DNA of 64,000 bases from an uncultured bacterium (GTDB lineage Bacteria > Chloroflexota > UBA5177 > JANWHV01): positions 448,001 through 512,000 of the forward strand of contig CAVSOU010000011.1 of assembly GCA_963729625.1 (NCBI GenBank). The letters run 5' to 3'. Both the position numbers and the translations under genes were made by a program. The first letter of the stretch is position 1. Each line of letters begins with the position of its first letter. The notes below the pieces were generated by a model, which had not been told where the DNA came from, searched no databases, and saw only the letters and a list, made by a program, of their open reading frames with translations. Shown in pieces: positions 10,325 through 19,969 of the stretch.

Positions 10325-11581
10325 TTACGGGTAGATGCCGCGTGCCTCCAGTGCCTGCACAACGCGAGCAACGGCGAGAACATAGGCGCCCATACGCATG
10401 TCCGTACCTGCCTCGGTCGCCTTGGCCAGTACCTCGGCAAACGCCCGCACCATCACGGTCTGCAGCTTTGCGTTGACCTCGTCCTCCTTCCAGAGGAAGG
10501 ACTGCAGACCCTGCACCCATTCGAAATACGACACCGTCACGCCACCGGCATTGGCCAGAATATCGGGGATCAGGAAAATGCCTTTCTCCCTGAGGATGCG
10601 ATCGGCCTCGGGCGTGGTCGGGCCGTTGGCACCTTCCGTCACGATCCTCGCCCGCAATTTGCCTGCGTTGTCCACGGTGATCTGGTTCTCAAGCGCTGCC
10701 GGTACCAAGACCGTACATGGTAGTGTCAGCAACTCGTCGTTCGAGACACGATCGACAGCAGGCATATTCGTTATTGTGCGGTCTTCGGCCATGTGGGCAG
10801 CGGCCACCGAAAGGTCAATGCCGTTGGGATTGTAGACACCGCCGCGTACGTCACTGATCGCTACGATCTTGCAGCCTGCATCCGCAAGGCACCGTGCCGC
10901 ATGCGACCCTACATTGCCAAAGCCTTGAATGACAACGGTGGTATCCTCGGGCGCAATGCCGACATGGCGCAGCGCTTCCTTCGTCACCAGCATCACACCT
11001 CGGCCGGTCGCCTCGCTGCGGCCCTCGGAACCACCGATCGACAGCGGCTTCCCGGTCACCACTCCGGGCACAGCGTAGCCTGTCTGCATGCTGATGGTGT
11101 CCATCACCCAACCCATCACCTGCGAATTCGTGTTGACGTCGGGCGCGGGGATGTCCATTTGCGGGCCGATGATCACGGAGATTTCCGTGGTGAAGCGTCT
11201 GGTAAGGCGCTCGAGCTCCCGCACACTCAGACTCTGCGGCGTACAGACGACACCGCCCTTCGCACCGCCGAAAGGGATATCTACGACCGCGCATTTCCAT
11301 GTCATCCACATGGACAGGGCCTTCACCTCGTCGAGAGTGACGTCGGCGTGAAAGCGGATGCCTCCCTTGGCAGGTCCGCGAGAGGTATCGTGCTGTACCC
11401 GGTAGCCGGTGAACACGCGAATCGTGCCGTCGTCCATATGCACAGGAAAGTGGACGGTCAGCTCGCGGTGACAATCACCTAGTATCTGCCTGTATCCGTC
11501 GTCGAGGTGGAGCAAGTCCGCTGCGGTGTGAAACTGCTCCTGCGCGATGCCAAATGGATTAGGCTTCTCTGTCTGCATCAT
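10325..11581 (-). CDS. gdhA: Glu/Leu/Phe/Val dehydrogenase (glutamate dehydrogenase)
   Basis: GPAKGGIRF, GGAKGG, DIPAPDV, QGFGNVG and NAGGVTVSYFEW. Confidence 0.93.
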   Translation of the reverse strand: MMQTEKPNPFGIAQEQFHTAADLLHLDDGYRQILGDCHRELTVHFPVHMDDGTIRVFTGYRVQHDTSRGPAKGGIRFHADVTLDEVKALSMWMTWKCAVVDIPFGGAKGGVVCTPQSLSVRELERLTRRFTTEISVIIGPQMDIPAPDVNTNSQVMGWVMDTISMQTGYAVPGVVTGKPLSIGGSEGRSEATGRGVMLVTKEALRHVGIAPEDTTVVIQGFGNVGSHAARCLADAGCKIVAISDVRGGVYNPNGIDLSVAAAHMAEDRTITNMPAVDRVSNDELLTLPCTVLVPAALENQITVDNAGKLRARIVTEGANGPTTPEADRILREKGIFLIPDILANAGGVTVSYFEWVQGLQSFLWKEDEVNAKLQTVMVRAFAEVLAKATEAGTDMRMGAYVLAVARVVQALEARGIYP

Positions 11582-11789
11582 GTTCCGCACACACATTGCA
11601 TACCCAGGCAACAGCTACCCCTTCGCAGCCTGCTACTGCATGCAACGACTCCTTACAATCAGATTATCCTCGGCGTCGTCGATTCTGGCTACGGCCAACC
11701 GCCCGGCCTGGCACGTTGTGCCTGGGAATGTCGAGTCGAGGCGGCAATGTGGTGGTTCTGGCTCGGGCCAGGAGGAGGATCAGCGTGGG

Positions 11790-12010
11790 GTGTTGCAGGC
11801 ATTTGATCTCACCGGCAACGTCGCGGCTACAATCGGGGGCAACATGGGACTCGGCGAAGCATTCGCACATGCTCTGACGGAGGCCGCCACGATCGTGGCC
11901 GTTGCCGCACGGACTCGCGGCAGGAGTGAGTCCATCGTGCATGACATCGAGGAGGCCGGTGGGAACGCGGCAGCGTTTGTTGTGGGCGAAACGAAGCCCC
12001 CAGTAGTGCG
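11790..12010 (+). pseudogene. degenerate N-terminal fragment of an SDR oxidoreductase
   Basis: GGAGGAGG RBS, then VLQAFDLTGNVAATIGGNMGLGEAFAHAL..VAVAARTR..IEEAGGNAAAFV, a TGxxxGxG-like Rossmann start. Similarity is lost after about 70 aa and there is no YxxxK. Confidence 0.6.
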
Positions 12011-12123
12011 CAAGTCCGCCTGCCTGCATACTCATAGTAAGTACGCCCTCACGGATGCAGGTCACCCTTCGCCGAGTGGCCTTTGGGAGCTCGTGGAAAC
12101 TTGCAGGCAGAATTGACGGTCCG

Positions 12124-14178
12124 ATGAGCGACGAAGCTGCAACCGTCGAGACATCTCGAAGCCGCTATCCGGCGGCTGTGGAAGAAACGCTGGCCAAGCT
12201 GCCGGCTTCGCCAGGCTGCTACCTGTTTCGCGATGAACAGGGCACGGTCCTGTACGTGGGCAAGGCACGCTCGCTGCGGGACCGCGTGCGCTCGTACTTC
12301 CGGGCGCCGAATGGTTTGAGCCTGAAGAACTCGCACCTCGTGCCACGCATCGCCGAGATCGACTACCAGATCTTGCCCAGCGAAAACGCGGCACTTCTGG
12401 TGGAGTTCAATCTTATCAAACAGTACCGGCCCAAGTACAACATCATCATGCGGGATGACAAGAGCTTTCTTTCCATCCGCATTACAAACGAGCCGTACCC
12501 CAGGATCGAGGCGGTACGGCATCGGTCGGACGATGGCTCGCGTTACTTTGGCCCCTATACGAGCGCCCAAGCCGTGCACACGACACTCGACTTGCTCAAG
12601 CGCCTGTTCCCCTATCGCTCTTGCCGGCTGAATATACAGCCACCCCAGGATGGGCCGGAGCTGGCGAGTGCGGCGCCATCGCGGCAGGACCCCATCCCGC
12701 GGCGTGGCCGCCGGCGCGGAGTAAGCCAGGAGAATGGGCCACCCCAAATACGCGCGCTGACCATCGCAAGTCCGCAGAACCGAGCGTGCCTCGAGTACCA
12801 TATTCATCGCTGCGCGGCGCCCTGCATCGATGCCGTGAGCCGCGAGGAGTACTCGAGGATCGTCGGCCAGGCCGAGCTATTCCTTCAGGGGAAGAGCGAG
12901 CAGGTGGCCGCTCAGCTCAAGCAGTCCATGAATGAGGCCGCGGAGGCGCTGGACTTCGAGCGAGCAGCTCGTGTGCGCGACCAGATTGGAGCCGTCCAGC
13001 GAGTGGCAGAGCGCCAGCGCGTTACCGTACTCGACGGCCACGACCAGGATATCGTCGGGATGGCACGTGCGGAGGACGAGGCATGCGTCGAGCTGATTGC
13101 CGTACGTGAAGGCCGAATGCTGGGCCACAAACAGTTCGTGATGCAAGGGACGGCTGAGCAGGAGGATGGTGCGGTTCTCGCCGCGTTCATCGGTCAATAC
13201 TACCTCTCTGCAACGGATCTGCCCGAAGAGCTGTTGTTGCCGGCGGAGCCCGACGACCTCGATCAGCTCTCCGCGCTCCTGACCTCTCAGCGAGGTCGAA
13301 GAGTCACGGTGACCGTGCCTCGACGGGGCGACAAGTTCGATCTTGTATCCGTTGCGCAGGACAACGCGCGAAAGGCCGCCGAGGACCGGAGGCTCAAGGC
13401 GCTCACCGACGCGCGAAAGGCGTTGCAGGCCCTGGACGAATTGCAGGAAGCGCTCTCTCTGCCGCGATTGCCGATGCGAATCGAGTGCTATGATGTTTCA
13501 AACATTCAGGGTACGTCGACCGTCGGCTCAATGGTCGTCTTCGAGAATGGAAAGCCCAAGAGTGCTGCGTACCGGCGATTTCGCATCAAGGCGGTGGAAG
13601 GCTCCGACGACTTCTCGAGCCTTGCTGAGATGCTGCGGAGGCGGCTCAAGCGAGCCGAAAGAGCTGACCCTGCGGTGGCCGATGGCGGAGACCACGCGAT
13701 GACCGCCGCTAACACGCCCGCTGTTGGGGATGATGAGTGGGTTGTCAGACCTGACCTGGTGATCATCGACGGCGGAAAGGGGCAGCTCAACGCGGTGCTT
13801 GGCGTGTTCGACGAGTTGGGCATTCAAGGTCAGTCCGTTGTCGGCCTGGCGAAGCAGCGAGAGGAGCTCTTCTTGCCCGGTCGTCCGGATCCCATCCTTC
13901 TGTCGCCGTCGTCGCAGGCGTTGTTCCTGGTACAGCGAGTGCGAGACGAGGCGCATCGGTTTGCGATAACCTACCACCGCGCGGTACGTGGCAAGCGGAG
14001 CCTCGAATCCAGCCTCGATAGCGTCCCAGGAGTCGGGCCTCGAAGGAAGCGGGATCTGATTCGCCATTTCGGAAGCGTCAGAGCGTTGCGGTCGGCGCGG
14101 GTCGATGAAATCGCGCGGCTGCCCGGCATCGGTCCGAAGACGGCGTTGGCAATCAAGGAGTATCTCGGCGAAACATAA
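12124..14178 (+). CDS. uvrC: excinuclease ABC subunit C
   Basis: GIY-YIG region (PGCYLF..LYVGKARSLRDRVRSYF), UVR domain, RIECYDVS, DGGKGQL, RDEAHRFA and C-terminal HhH motifs. Confidence 0.96.
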   Translation: MSDEAATVETSRSRYPAAVEETLAKLPASPGCYLFRDEQGTVLYVGKARSLRDRVRSYFRAPNGLSLKNSHLVPRIAEIDYQILPSENAALLVEFNLIKQYRPKYNIIMRDDKSFLSIRITNEPYPRIEAVRHRSDDGSRYFGPYTSAQAVHTTLDLLKRLFPYRSCRLNIQPPQDGPELASAAPSRQDPIPRRGRRRGVSQENGPPQIRALTIASPQNRACLEYHIHRCAAPCIDAVSREEYSRIVGQAELFLQGKSEQVAAQLKQSMNEAAEALDFERAARVRDQIGAVQRVAERQRVTVLDGHDQDIVGMARAEDEACVELIAVREGRMLGHKQFVMQGTAEQEDGAVLAAFIGQYYLSATDLPEELLLPAEPDDLDQLSALLTSQRGRRVTVTVPRRGDKFDLVSVAQDNARKAAEDRRLKALTDARKALQALDELQEALSLPRLPMRIECYDVSNIQGTSTVGSMVVFENGKPKSAAYRRFRIKAVEGSDDFSSLAEMLRRRLKRAERADPAVADGGDHAMTAANTPAVGDDEWVVRPDLVIIDGGKGQLNAVLGVFDELGIQGQSVVGLAKQREELFLPGRPDPILLSPSSQALFLVQRVRDEAHRFAITYHRAVRGKRSLESSLDSVPGVGPRRKRDLIRHFGSVRALRSARVDEIARLPGIGPKTALAIKEYLGET

Positions 14179-14191
14179 GGAGGTGTGCACG

Positions 14192-14887
14192 ATGCGCGTC
14201 CTGGTGATCGAGGATGAGCACAAGATCAACCGTACAGTCTGCCAGGCGCTCCGCGAAGAAGCATATGCCGTGGACGCAGCCTTTGACGGCGAACAGGGCG
14301 AAGAGATGGCCCTCGTCAACACCTACGATCTGATCGTGCTCGATCTCATGCTGCCGAAGAAGAACGGCCTGGCGCTGTGCAAGGGGCTTCGCGAACAGGG
14401 CGTGACCACGCCGATCCTGATGCTGACGGCGCGAGATTCGCTCGAAGATCGCGTGCAGGGACTCGACAGTGGTGCCGACGACTACGTGGTCAAGCCGTTC
14501 TTCATGGACGAGTTGCTGGCTCGCGCCCGCGCACTGTTGCGTCGCGACACTACGGCGAAGACTTCGAAGCTGCAGCTCGCCGATTTGCTCGTCGACACAA
14601 GCTCGCACCGCGTCTGGAGAGCCAGCATCCCCATCGAGCTCACAAGCAAAGAATATGCGATGCTCGAGTATTTCATTCGCAATCCGGATCAGGTCTTGAC
14701 GCGCACAATGATCAGCGAGCACGTGTGGGACGATGAGTTCGATAGCCTCTCGAATATCATCGACGTCTACATTCGACGCCTCCGGCGAAAAGTCGACGAA
14801 GGACATCAGCCACGCCTACTCCATACAATCCGAGGCAGTGGCTACCTCCTCGGCATCTTGCCTGACGACGAGGACGGAAGCAGCTAG
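14192..14887 (+). CDS. OmpR/PhoB-family DNA-binding response regulator
   Basis: VLVIEDE, LDLMLP, LMLTAR, GADDYVVKPF and NIIDVYIRRLRRK..TIRGSGY; AAGGAGG RBS. Confidence 0.93.
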   Translation: MRVLVIEDEHKINRTVCQALREEAYAVDAAFDGEQGEEMALVNTYDLIVLDLMLPKKNGLALCKGLREQGVTTPILMLTARDSLEDRVQGLDSGADDYVVKPFFMDELLARARALLRRDTTAKTSKLQLADLLVDTSSHRVWRASIPIELTSKEYAMLEYFIRNPDQVLTRTMISEHVWDDEFDSLSNIIDVYIRRLRRKVDEGHQPRLLHTIRGSGYLLGILPDDEDGSS

Positions 14888-14999
14888 ACGCTGGCACGGA
14901 GCAGCCAAGAACGCACCAGAGAACTGGTGGATTGCTCGAAACGCAACGCGGACATAGTATAGGCGCTGTGAAGCACTGCGACTGCCCGTCAAGCATGTC

Positions 15000-16409
15000 A
15001 TGGTCCCGCCGTCCAGGTGCGCCATGAGCGGTCCTGGTATGTCGGCTCTTGCTCATGCCGGCGCGCCGCTGGCGCGATTCGTGGACCGCCTCGCGGCATC
15101 GCGAACCCTGGCGCTGGCAGTGCTTGCGCTCTTGGCGCTGACGCCGCGACTGGTATGCGCGGACGGCGGCACGTTCGCCTGGGATCTCTGGGCGTTCAGC
15201 TGGTGGAGCAGCACGTTGGCCTCGACCGATCTCCACACGTTCTACCACGCGACCGGTACTGACTATCTACCAGGCTATCTGTATATCCTCTGGGGGCTGG
15301 GTAAGCTCGCCCCCGCGCTCCAGCATCTCCCCGATGGCGTGGCCACCTGGCTGCTGCGGGACCGCGTGCTCTACAAACTGCCGGCAATTCTCGCTGATGT
15401 GGCTACCGTCGCGACTATTTACCTTGCAGGCCGCCGCTGGGGCAAAGCGCGGCTGGCCTTGCTCGCCGCTGCGATCTATGCGGTTATTCCAGGCGTGATA
15501 GGCAATTCTGCCCGCTGGGGGCAGATGGACAGTATCCCAGCCTGCCTGCTGTTGCTCGCGATTGTCTTCTGCATTGAGGGACGTGTCATGCCCTGCGCAA
15601 TACTGCTCACGTTGTCGGCCATTACCAAGCCGACCGCGTTGGTATTGATGCCGCTCATCATCACGGTGCTTGTCTGCCGCCGTCGTGTCTCCGGCCTGCT
15701 GCAGTTCGGTGCTGCTTCGCTGATTGCCGGAACGATAGCCTTCATGCCATTCGTGCCGGCCGGCAGCAACGTAGTGAGATTTGCGTGGTTCGGTTATCAA
15801 AACACGTCGGGCCGCTATCCAGTTCTGAGCTTGCGCGCCTTCAACTTCTGGATGGCGTACTGCTCGCTGGTATCCGGAGTCGGCCCCGATCGTTCCGCGT
15901 CCGCGACGATGCTCGGCCTGGCGTATGTCGTCTGGGGCTGGGTGCTCTGTGGCGCGGTTATCCTGCTCGCGTGTGTAATGGTGGCCGGCTACCTATCGCG
16001 TACCTCTCGCGACGACTTGATACCAATGCTTCCGGCTGCCAGTATTGTGACACTCGGTTTCTTCTTGTTTCTGACGTCTATTCACGAACGGCACATGTTG
16101 CCGGCATTGCCGCTTCTGGCACTCACCTCGGCGATTCTGCCGCGATTCTGGATTCCGTTTCTCTGGTTTGCCGTTGCCTATACACTGAACGTCCACTTTG
16201 TGGATTCAGCCATGTTTCCGATGCCAGAACCGGTGCTCGGCTCTCAGGAGCTGGCGCTTGGCTCGTATCTTAATCTCGTCGTCTTCGCGCTCACCGTCAT
16301 GTCTTTCGCCTACGCTATTCGTGCTCCCAAGACGCAGTGGCGAGACGCCGGCCTCGGACCGAACAGCCCAGCACGCGAGCCCGTCCTGCATGCCAACGTT
16401 CCGCCGTAG
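15000..16409 (+). CDS. multi-TM glycosyltransferase (GT-C fold, mannosyltransferase-like)
   Basis: DYLPGYLY, KLPAILAD, WGQMDS and HERHM motifs with many TM helices. The start is uncertain (15000, 15024 or 15039). Confidence 0.72.
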   Translation: MVPPSRCAMSGPGMSALAHAGAPLARFVDRLAASRTLALAVLALLALTPRLVCADGGTFAWDLWAFSWWSSTLASTDLHTFYHATGTDYLPGYLYILWGLGKLAPALQHLPDGVATWLLRDRVLYKLPAILADVATVATIYLAGRRWGKARLALLAAAIYAVIPGVIGNSARWGQMDSIPACLLLLAIVFCIEGRVMPCAILLTLSAITKPTALVLMPLIITVLVCRRRVSGLLQFGAASLIAGTIAFMPFVPAGSNVVRFAWFGYQNTSGRYPVLSLRAFNFWMAYCSLVSGVGPDRSASATMLGLAYVVWGWVLCGAVILLACVMVAGYLSRTSRDDLIPMLPAASIVTLGFFLFLTSIHERHMLPALPLLALTSAILPRFWIPFLWFAVAYTLNVHFVDSAMFPMPEPVLGSQELALGSYLNLVVFALTVMSFAYAIRAPKTQWRDAGLGPNSPAREPVLHANVPP

Positions 16410-16645
16410 CCCCGGCAGGTACGGGGCCGATACGACCCTGGGTTCGCTCGCCTGCGCCATCGTTCTCCTGTCAACCCACCCCAGTTGCGCCTGAAGAGCT
16501 TCGCCGACGCAACGTGGAGAGAGCCTTTGGCACGGCCGCGAGCAAACCGTTTCGGGTTCACGACGACGTTGGCGCGTGCCGGATCGCGTGCTACAATTCG
16601 CTTTGCCCATTGCCTGGCATCCCGTGGCTGCGTGCCTGGAGAGCT

Positions 16646-19015
16646 ATGAAGCGCGCGATCAAGTTAAGCAGGTCATCTCGCAGGCCAAAGAAGAAAGCCC
16701 CAAAGGCGCCGCTCGCCGTGCTCGTCTCGCTCCTGGCCGTCGTGCTTGCCGTGATTCTCCTGCTCGTTTCGGTGCTGGCCACGGCCGGGGTTGCCGCGTA
16801 CAGATACTACAACGCCGTCGTCCCAGACGGCATTGCCGCGCTGAAGGCATACCAGCAGAACCCGTATACCATCAGTCTGATTACAAATCGGAATGGCGAC
16901 ACGCTCGAGCAGCTGTACGATCCCCGCTTTGGCACGCGCGTGCTGGTTCCCCTGAAAGACGTTCCCAAGGCCATGATCGCTGCGACGATCGATACCGAGA
17001 ATCGTACGTTCTATACCGATATCGGCGTCGATCCGCTGCGCCTGTTGAGTGCCGCGAGGATCGACGTCACTGGGAGCGGCGCCCTGCAAGGCGCCTCAAC
17101 CTTGACCGAGCAGCTTGTCAAGCTCGCGCTCTTCGGCTCGAACCCGGCAGCACCACGCAAGCTCGATCAAAACGGCGTGCAGATGAAGTTGCAAGAGATC
17201 ATGGTAGCCATCGGCGTCACCAGAGATATCAAGGATTGCAATCTGAAGTGCCGCAAGGATGCCATCCTCGAAATGTACTTGAATACGGTCACATACGGGA
17301 TCGCCGGCGGCGACATCGACGGAGTCGAAGCCGCGGCCGAGTACTTCTTCGGCATTCACGCGTCGCAGCTCGACCTTGCGCAGTCGGCGCTGCTCGCGGG
17401 ACTCCCCCAGGCGCCGAGCCAAGACGATCCATTTCGACACAGGGGCGCGTCACAAGAGCGACAAGTCCATGTGCTAGACGGCATGAAGGCTGCCGGAGAT
17501 ATCACCGAGGCCGAGTTTGAAGCCGCGAAGTCGGAGCCATTGAAATATACGTTCAAGCTGGTCTCGACCAACGCGTCGGTCAACACGAATGAGTCCTATT
17601 TCGTGCACTGGCTCCGCACCGACTACCTGGCAAACCCGGCGAACCTGCGCCAGTTCGGCATTCCGGGCCTCCAGAACCCTGACGATATCTACCGCGGCTT
17701 TGTGTTCCAGACCACGCTCGATCCCGCGTGGCAGGATCTGGCCCAGAACACCATCGACACGCAGATCGAGAGTAACAGGGCCGCCTACAACATGAACGAT
17801 GGTGCGCTGGTGGCAATCGACCCGCGTAGCGGCGAGATCAAGGCGTATGTCGGCGGTGTTGGGTGGAACTCCGGGATCAACGGCGCTCAGTACGATTTTG
17901 CCGGTGAGCAGGCAAGGCAACCCGGTTCGTCGTTCAAGCCATTTATGTACGTGACGGCGTTTGAGAACGGCCATTTCCCGGCTGAGACCATCAACGATGC
18001 CTACGTCGCCTATCCCGATGCGGGCGGCACGACGTACATTCCTCGAAATTACGACCTGTCGTATCACGGCCGCATCACGCTCCGCGCGGCGTTGGCTAAC
18101 TCCTACAACGTGCCGGCGGTCAAGACGTTGTATTCGTTGGGACCGGACGGAATTAAGAAGGTCCTCAATACCATCAACAGTTTCGGCTACCGGCTGAAAG
18201 ACGAGAATCTCAAGGACCTCGGCCTGGCGATGACTCTCGGCAGCGGCGAAGGCAAACTGCTCGACGAAGTCAATGGCTACGCGGTGTTTGCCAACAACGG
18301 TGTGTACCGGCCGTACATGCCTATCCTGGCGATCTACAGAGTGCAGGCGGACGGCTCACGGAAGCTGGTATGGAAATACAGCGCTCCCAAGGGAGTGCAA
18401 GTTATCGCGCCGCAATTCGCGTACCTGATCACCAGCATCCTGAGCGATGTTCAGGCCAAGACGCCCGCTTTTGGCCAGGCCGCATACGAGTATCTTGGCC
18501 TGGGAAACCGCCCGGTAGCCAGCAAGACCGGCACCACCAGCGACTTCAAAGACAACTTGACGCTTGGTTACACGCCGGACGTCGTAACCGGCGTGTGGGT
18601 CGGCAACCCCGATGACTCAGCCATGTACGGGTCAACCGGCATCACCGGCGCCGCACCTGCCTGGCATGAGTTCATGTACGATATCACGCAGAACACGCCG
18701 ATCAGCCAGTTCATCATGCCGACGGGGATGATCACGGCGACCGTGGCGAGGTATGCGCCCGCCGGCCAGGAGCCCGGCCTGGCGCTTGGCGGCAGCGGCG
18801 TGACCGATATCTTCGCCCCCGGCACCGTGCCGACGACGCTCGACAACCCGTCGCTTGACGATTACAGCGGTAGCACGCAACCGGGTGCGACGCCCACGGT
18901 CGCACCGACTACCACCGCCAATTCTTCGAGCAGCGCACCGTGCGGTGGTGGGCCGTACAGCATTACTTCGACGACAAAGAACGGGCAGACACACGTCACA
19001 CTCGTCTGCAAGTAG
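16646..19015 (+). CDS. class A penicillin-binding protein (transglycosylase-transpeptidase)
   Basis: N-terminal TM; GT51 motifs ENRTF, QGASTLTEQLVK and ILEMYLN; transpeptidase motifs SSFK, SYN and KTG. Confidence 0.93.
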   Translation: MKRAIKLSRSSRRPKKKAPKAPLAVLVSLLAVVLAVILLLVSVLATAGVAAYRYYNAVVPDGIAALKAYQQNPYTISLITNRNGDTLEQLYDPRFGTRVLVPLKDVPKAMIAATIDTENRTFYTDIGVDPLRLLSAARIDVTGSGALQGASTLTEQLVKLALFGSNPAAPRKLDQNGVQMKLQEIMVAIGVTRDIKDCNLKCRKDAILEMYLNTVTYGIAGGDIDGVEAAAEYFFGIHASQLDLAQSALLAGLPQAPSQDDPFRHRGASQERQVHVLDGMKAAGDITEAEFEAAKSEPLKYTFKLVSTNASVNTNESYFVHWLRTDYLANPANLRQFGIPGLQNPDDIYRGFVFQTTLDPAWQDLAQNTIDTQIESNRAAYNMNDGALVAIDPRSGEIKAYVGGVGWNSGINGAQYDFAGEQARQPGSSFKPFMYVTAFENGHFPAETINDAYVAYPDAGGTTYIPRNYDLSYHGRITLRAALANSYNVPAVKTLYSLGPDGIKKVLNTINSFGYRLKDENLKDLGLAMTLGSGEGKLLDEVNGYAVFANNGVYRPYMPILAIYRVQADGSRKLVWKYSAPKGVQVIAPQFAYLITSILSDVQAKTPAFGQAAYEYLGLGNRPVASKTGTTSDFKDNLTLGYTPDVVTGVWVGNPDDSAMYGSTGITGAAPAWHEFMYDITQNTPISQFIMPTGMITATVARYAPAGQEPGLALGGSGVTDIFAPGTVPTTLDNPSLDDYSGSTQPGATPTVAPTTTANSSSSAPCGGGPYSITSTTKNGQTHVTLVCK

Positions 19016-19097
19016 ACGGCGGGCTTGACATGTCCGCACTGCACGTCCCGGCGAAATGCAACGACGGCCCGCCGCAGGATCCGCGTAGCGGGCGGCC

Positions 19098-19841
19098 ATG
19101 ATCTCGTGTCGCGGACTCGGCAAGCAGTTCGGTCCGAAGTGGGCGATTCGCGACCTCGACCTCGATATTCCTGGCGGAATGGTATACGGTTTCCTGGGGC
19201 CGAACGGCGCAGGCAAGACGACGACGATACAGATGATGGTCGGCTTGCTGCGACCCACGACCGGCCAAATTCTCATCGATGGCCACGACATTGTGCGCGA
19301 TCCGGTTGGCGCTAAGCGGTGTATCGGATTTGTTCCCGACGAGCCCTATCTGTATGAGAAGCTCACTGGCCGCGAGTACCTCGAGTTTACCTGCGCACTC
19401 TTCGCGATGCCGGTTGACGAGCGGGGCCGCCGCATAGATCACCTCCTCGAACTCTTTTCGCTAAGCGGTGACCAGCACCAGCTCATCGGAAGCTACTCAC
19501 ATGGCATGCGACAGAAGATAGCCGTCATCGCCTCGCTCGTGCATGATCCCGGCAATCTCTTCCTCGATGAGCCGACTGTGGGCCTCGATCCCGGTACTGC
19601 CAGACTGCTAAAGGACATACTGGCAGAGCGAGCGAAAAATGGCGTTACAGTGCTCTTCTCGACGCATATCCTCGAAATCGCCGAAAGCATCTGCGATGCG
19701 GTGGCAATACTCCACCGCGGTCGCGCGATCGCGAAAGGAACAATTCCCGAGCTGCGCCAGAATTCAGTGCACGGAAATCAACGGCTGGAAGACATCTTTA
19801 TCGAGCTGACAACTCCGACGACCGATGTGCCGACTCTGTGA
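19098..19841 (+). CDS. ABC transporter ATP-binding protein (DrrA/CcmA-like)
   Basis: GPNGAGKTT, YSHGMRQK, LFLDEPT and STH motifs. Confidence 0.9.
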   Translation: MISCRGLGKQFGPKWAIRDLDLDIPGGMVYGFLGPNGAGKTTTIQMMVGLLRPTTGQILIDGHDIVRDPVGAKRCIGFVPDEPYLYEKLTGREYLEFTCALFAMPVDERGRRIDHLLELFSLSGDQHQLIGSYSHGMRQKIAVIASLVHDPGNLFLDEPTVGLDPGTARLLKDILAERAKNGVTVLFSTHILEIAESICDAVAILHRGRAIAKGTIPELRQNSVHGNQRLEDIFIELTTPTTDVPTL

Positions 19842-19969
19842 CATCGCGAACGTAGCCCGGAGCGCATGACTCGCGTACAGTGGTAGTATCGAGTATTGTC
19901 ACCGAGTGTGCTTCACGCGAGGTGCGCGCGGTTCGACGGCCCAGTTTCCCGAAGAATGAGGTCTCCGTG

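Noticed and set aside
12620-12780. Low-complexity insertion in the Cys-rich region of UvrC (possible intein)
   Set aside because: Too short, with no intein terminal motifs; most likely a variable loop.
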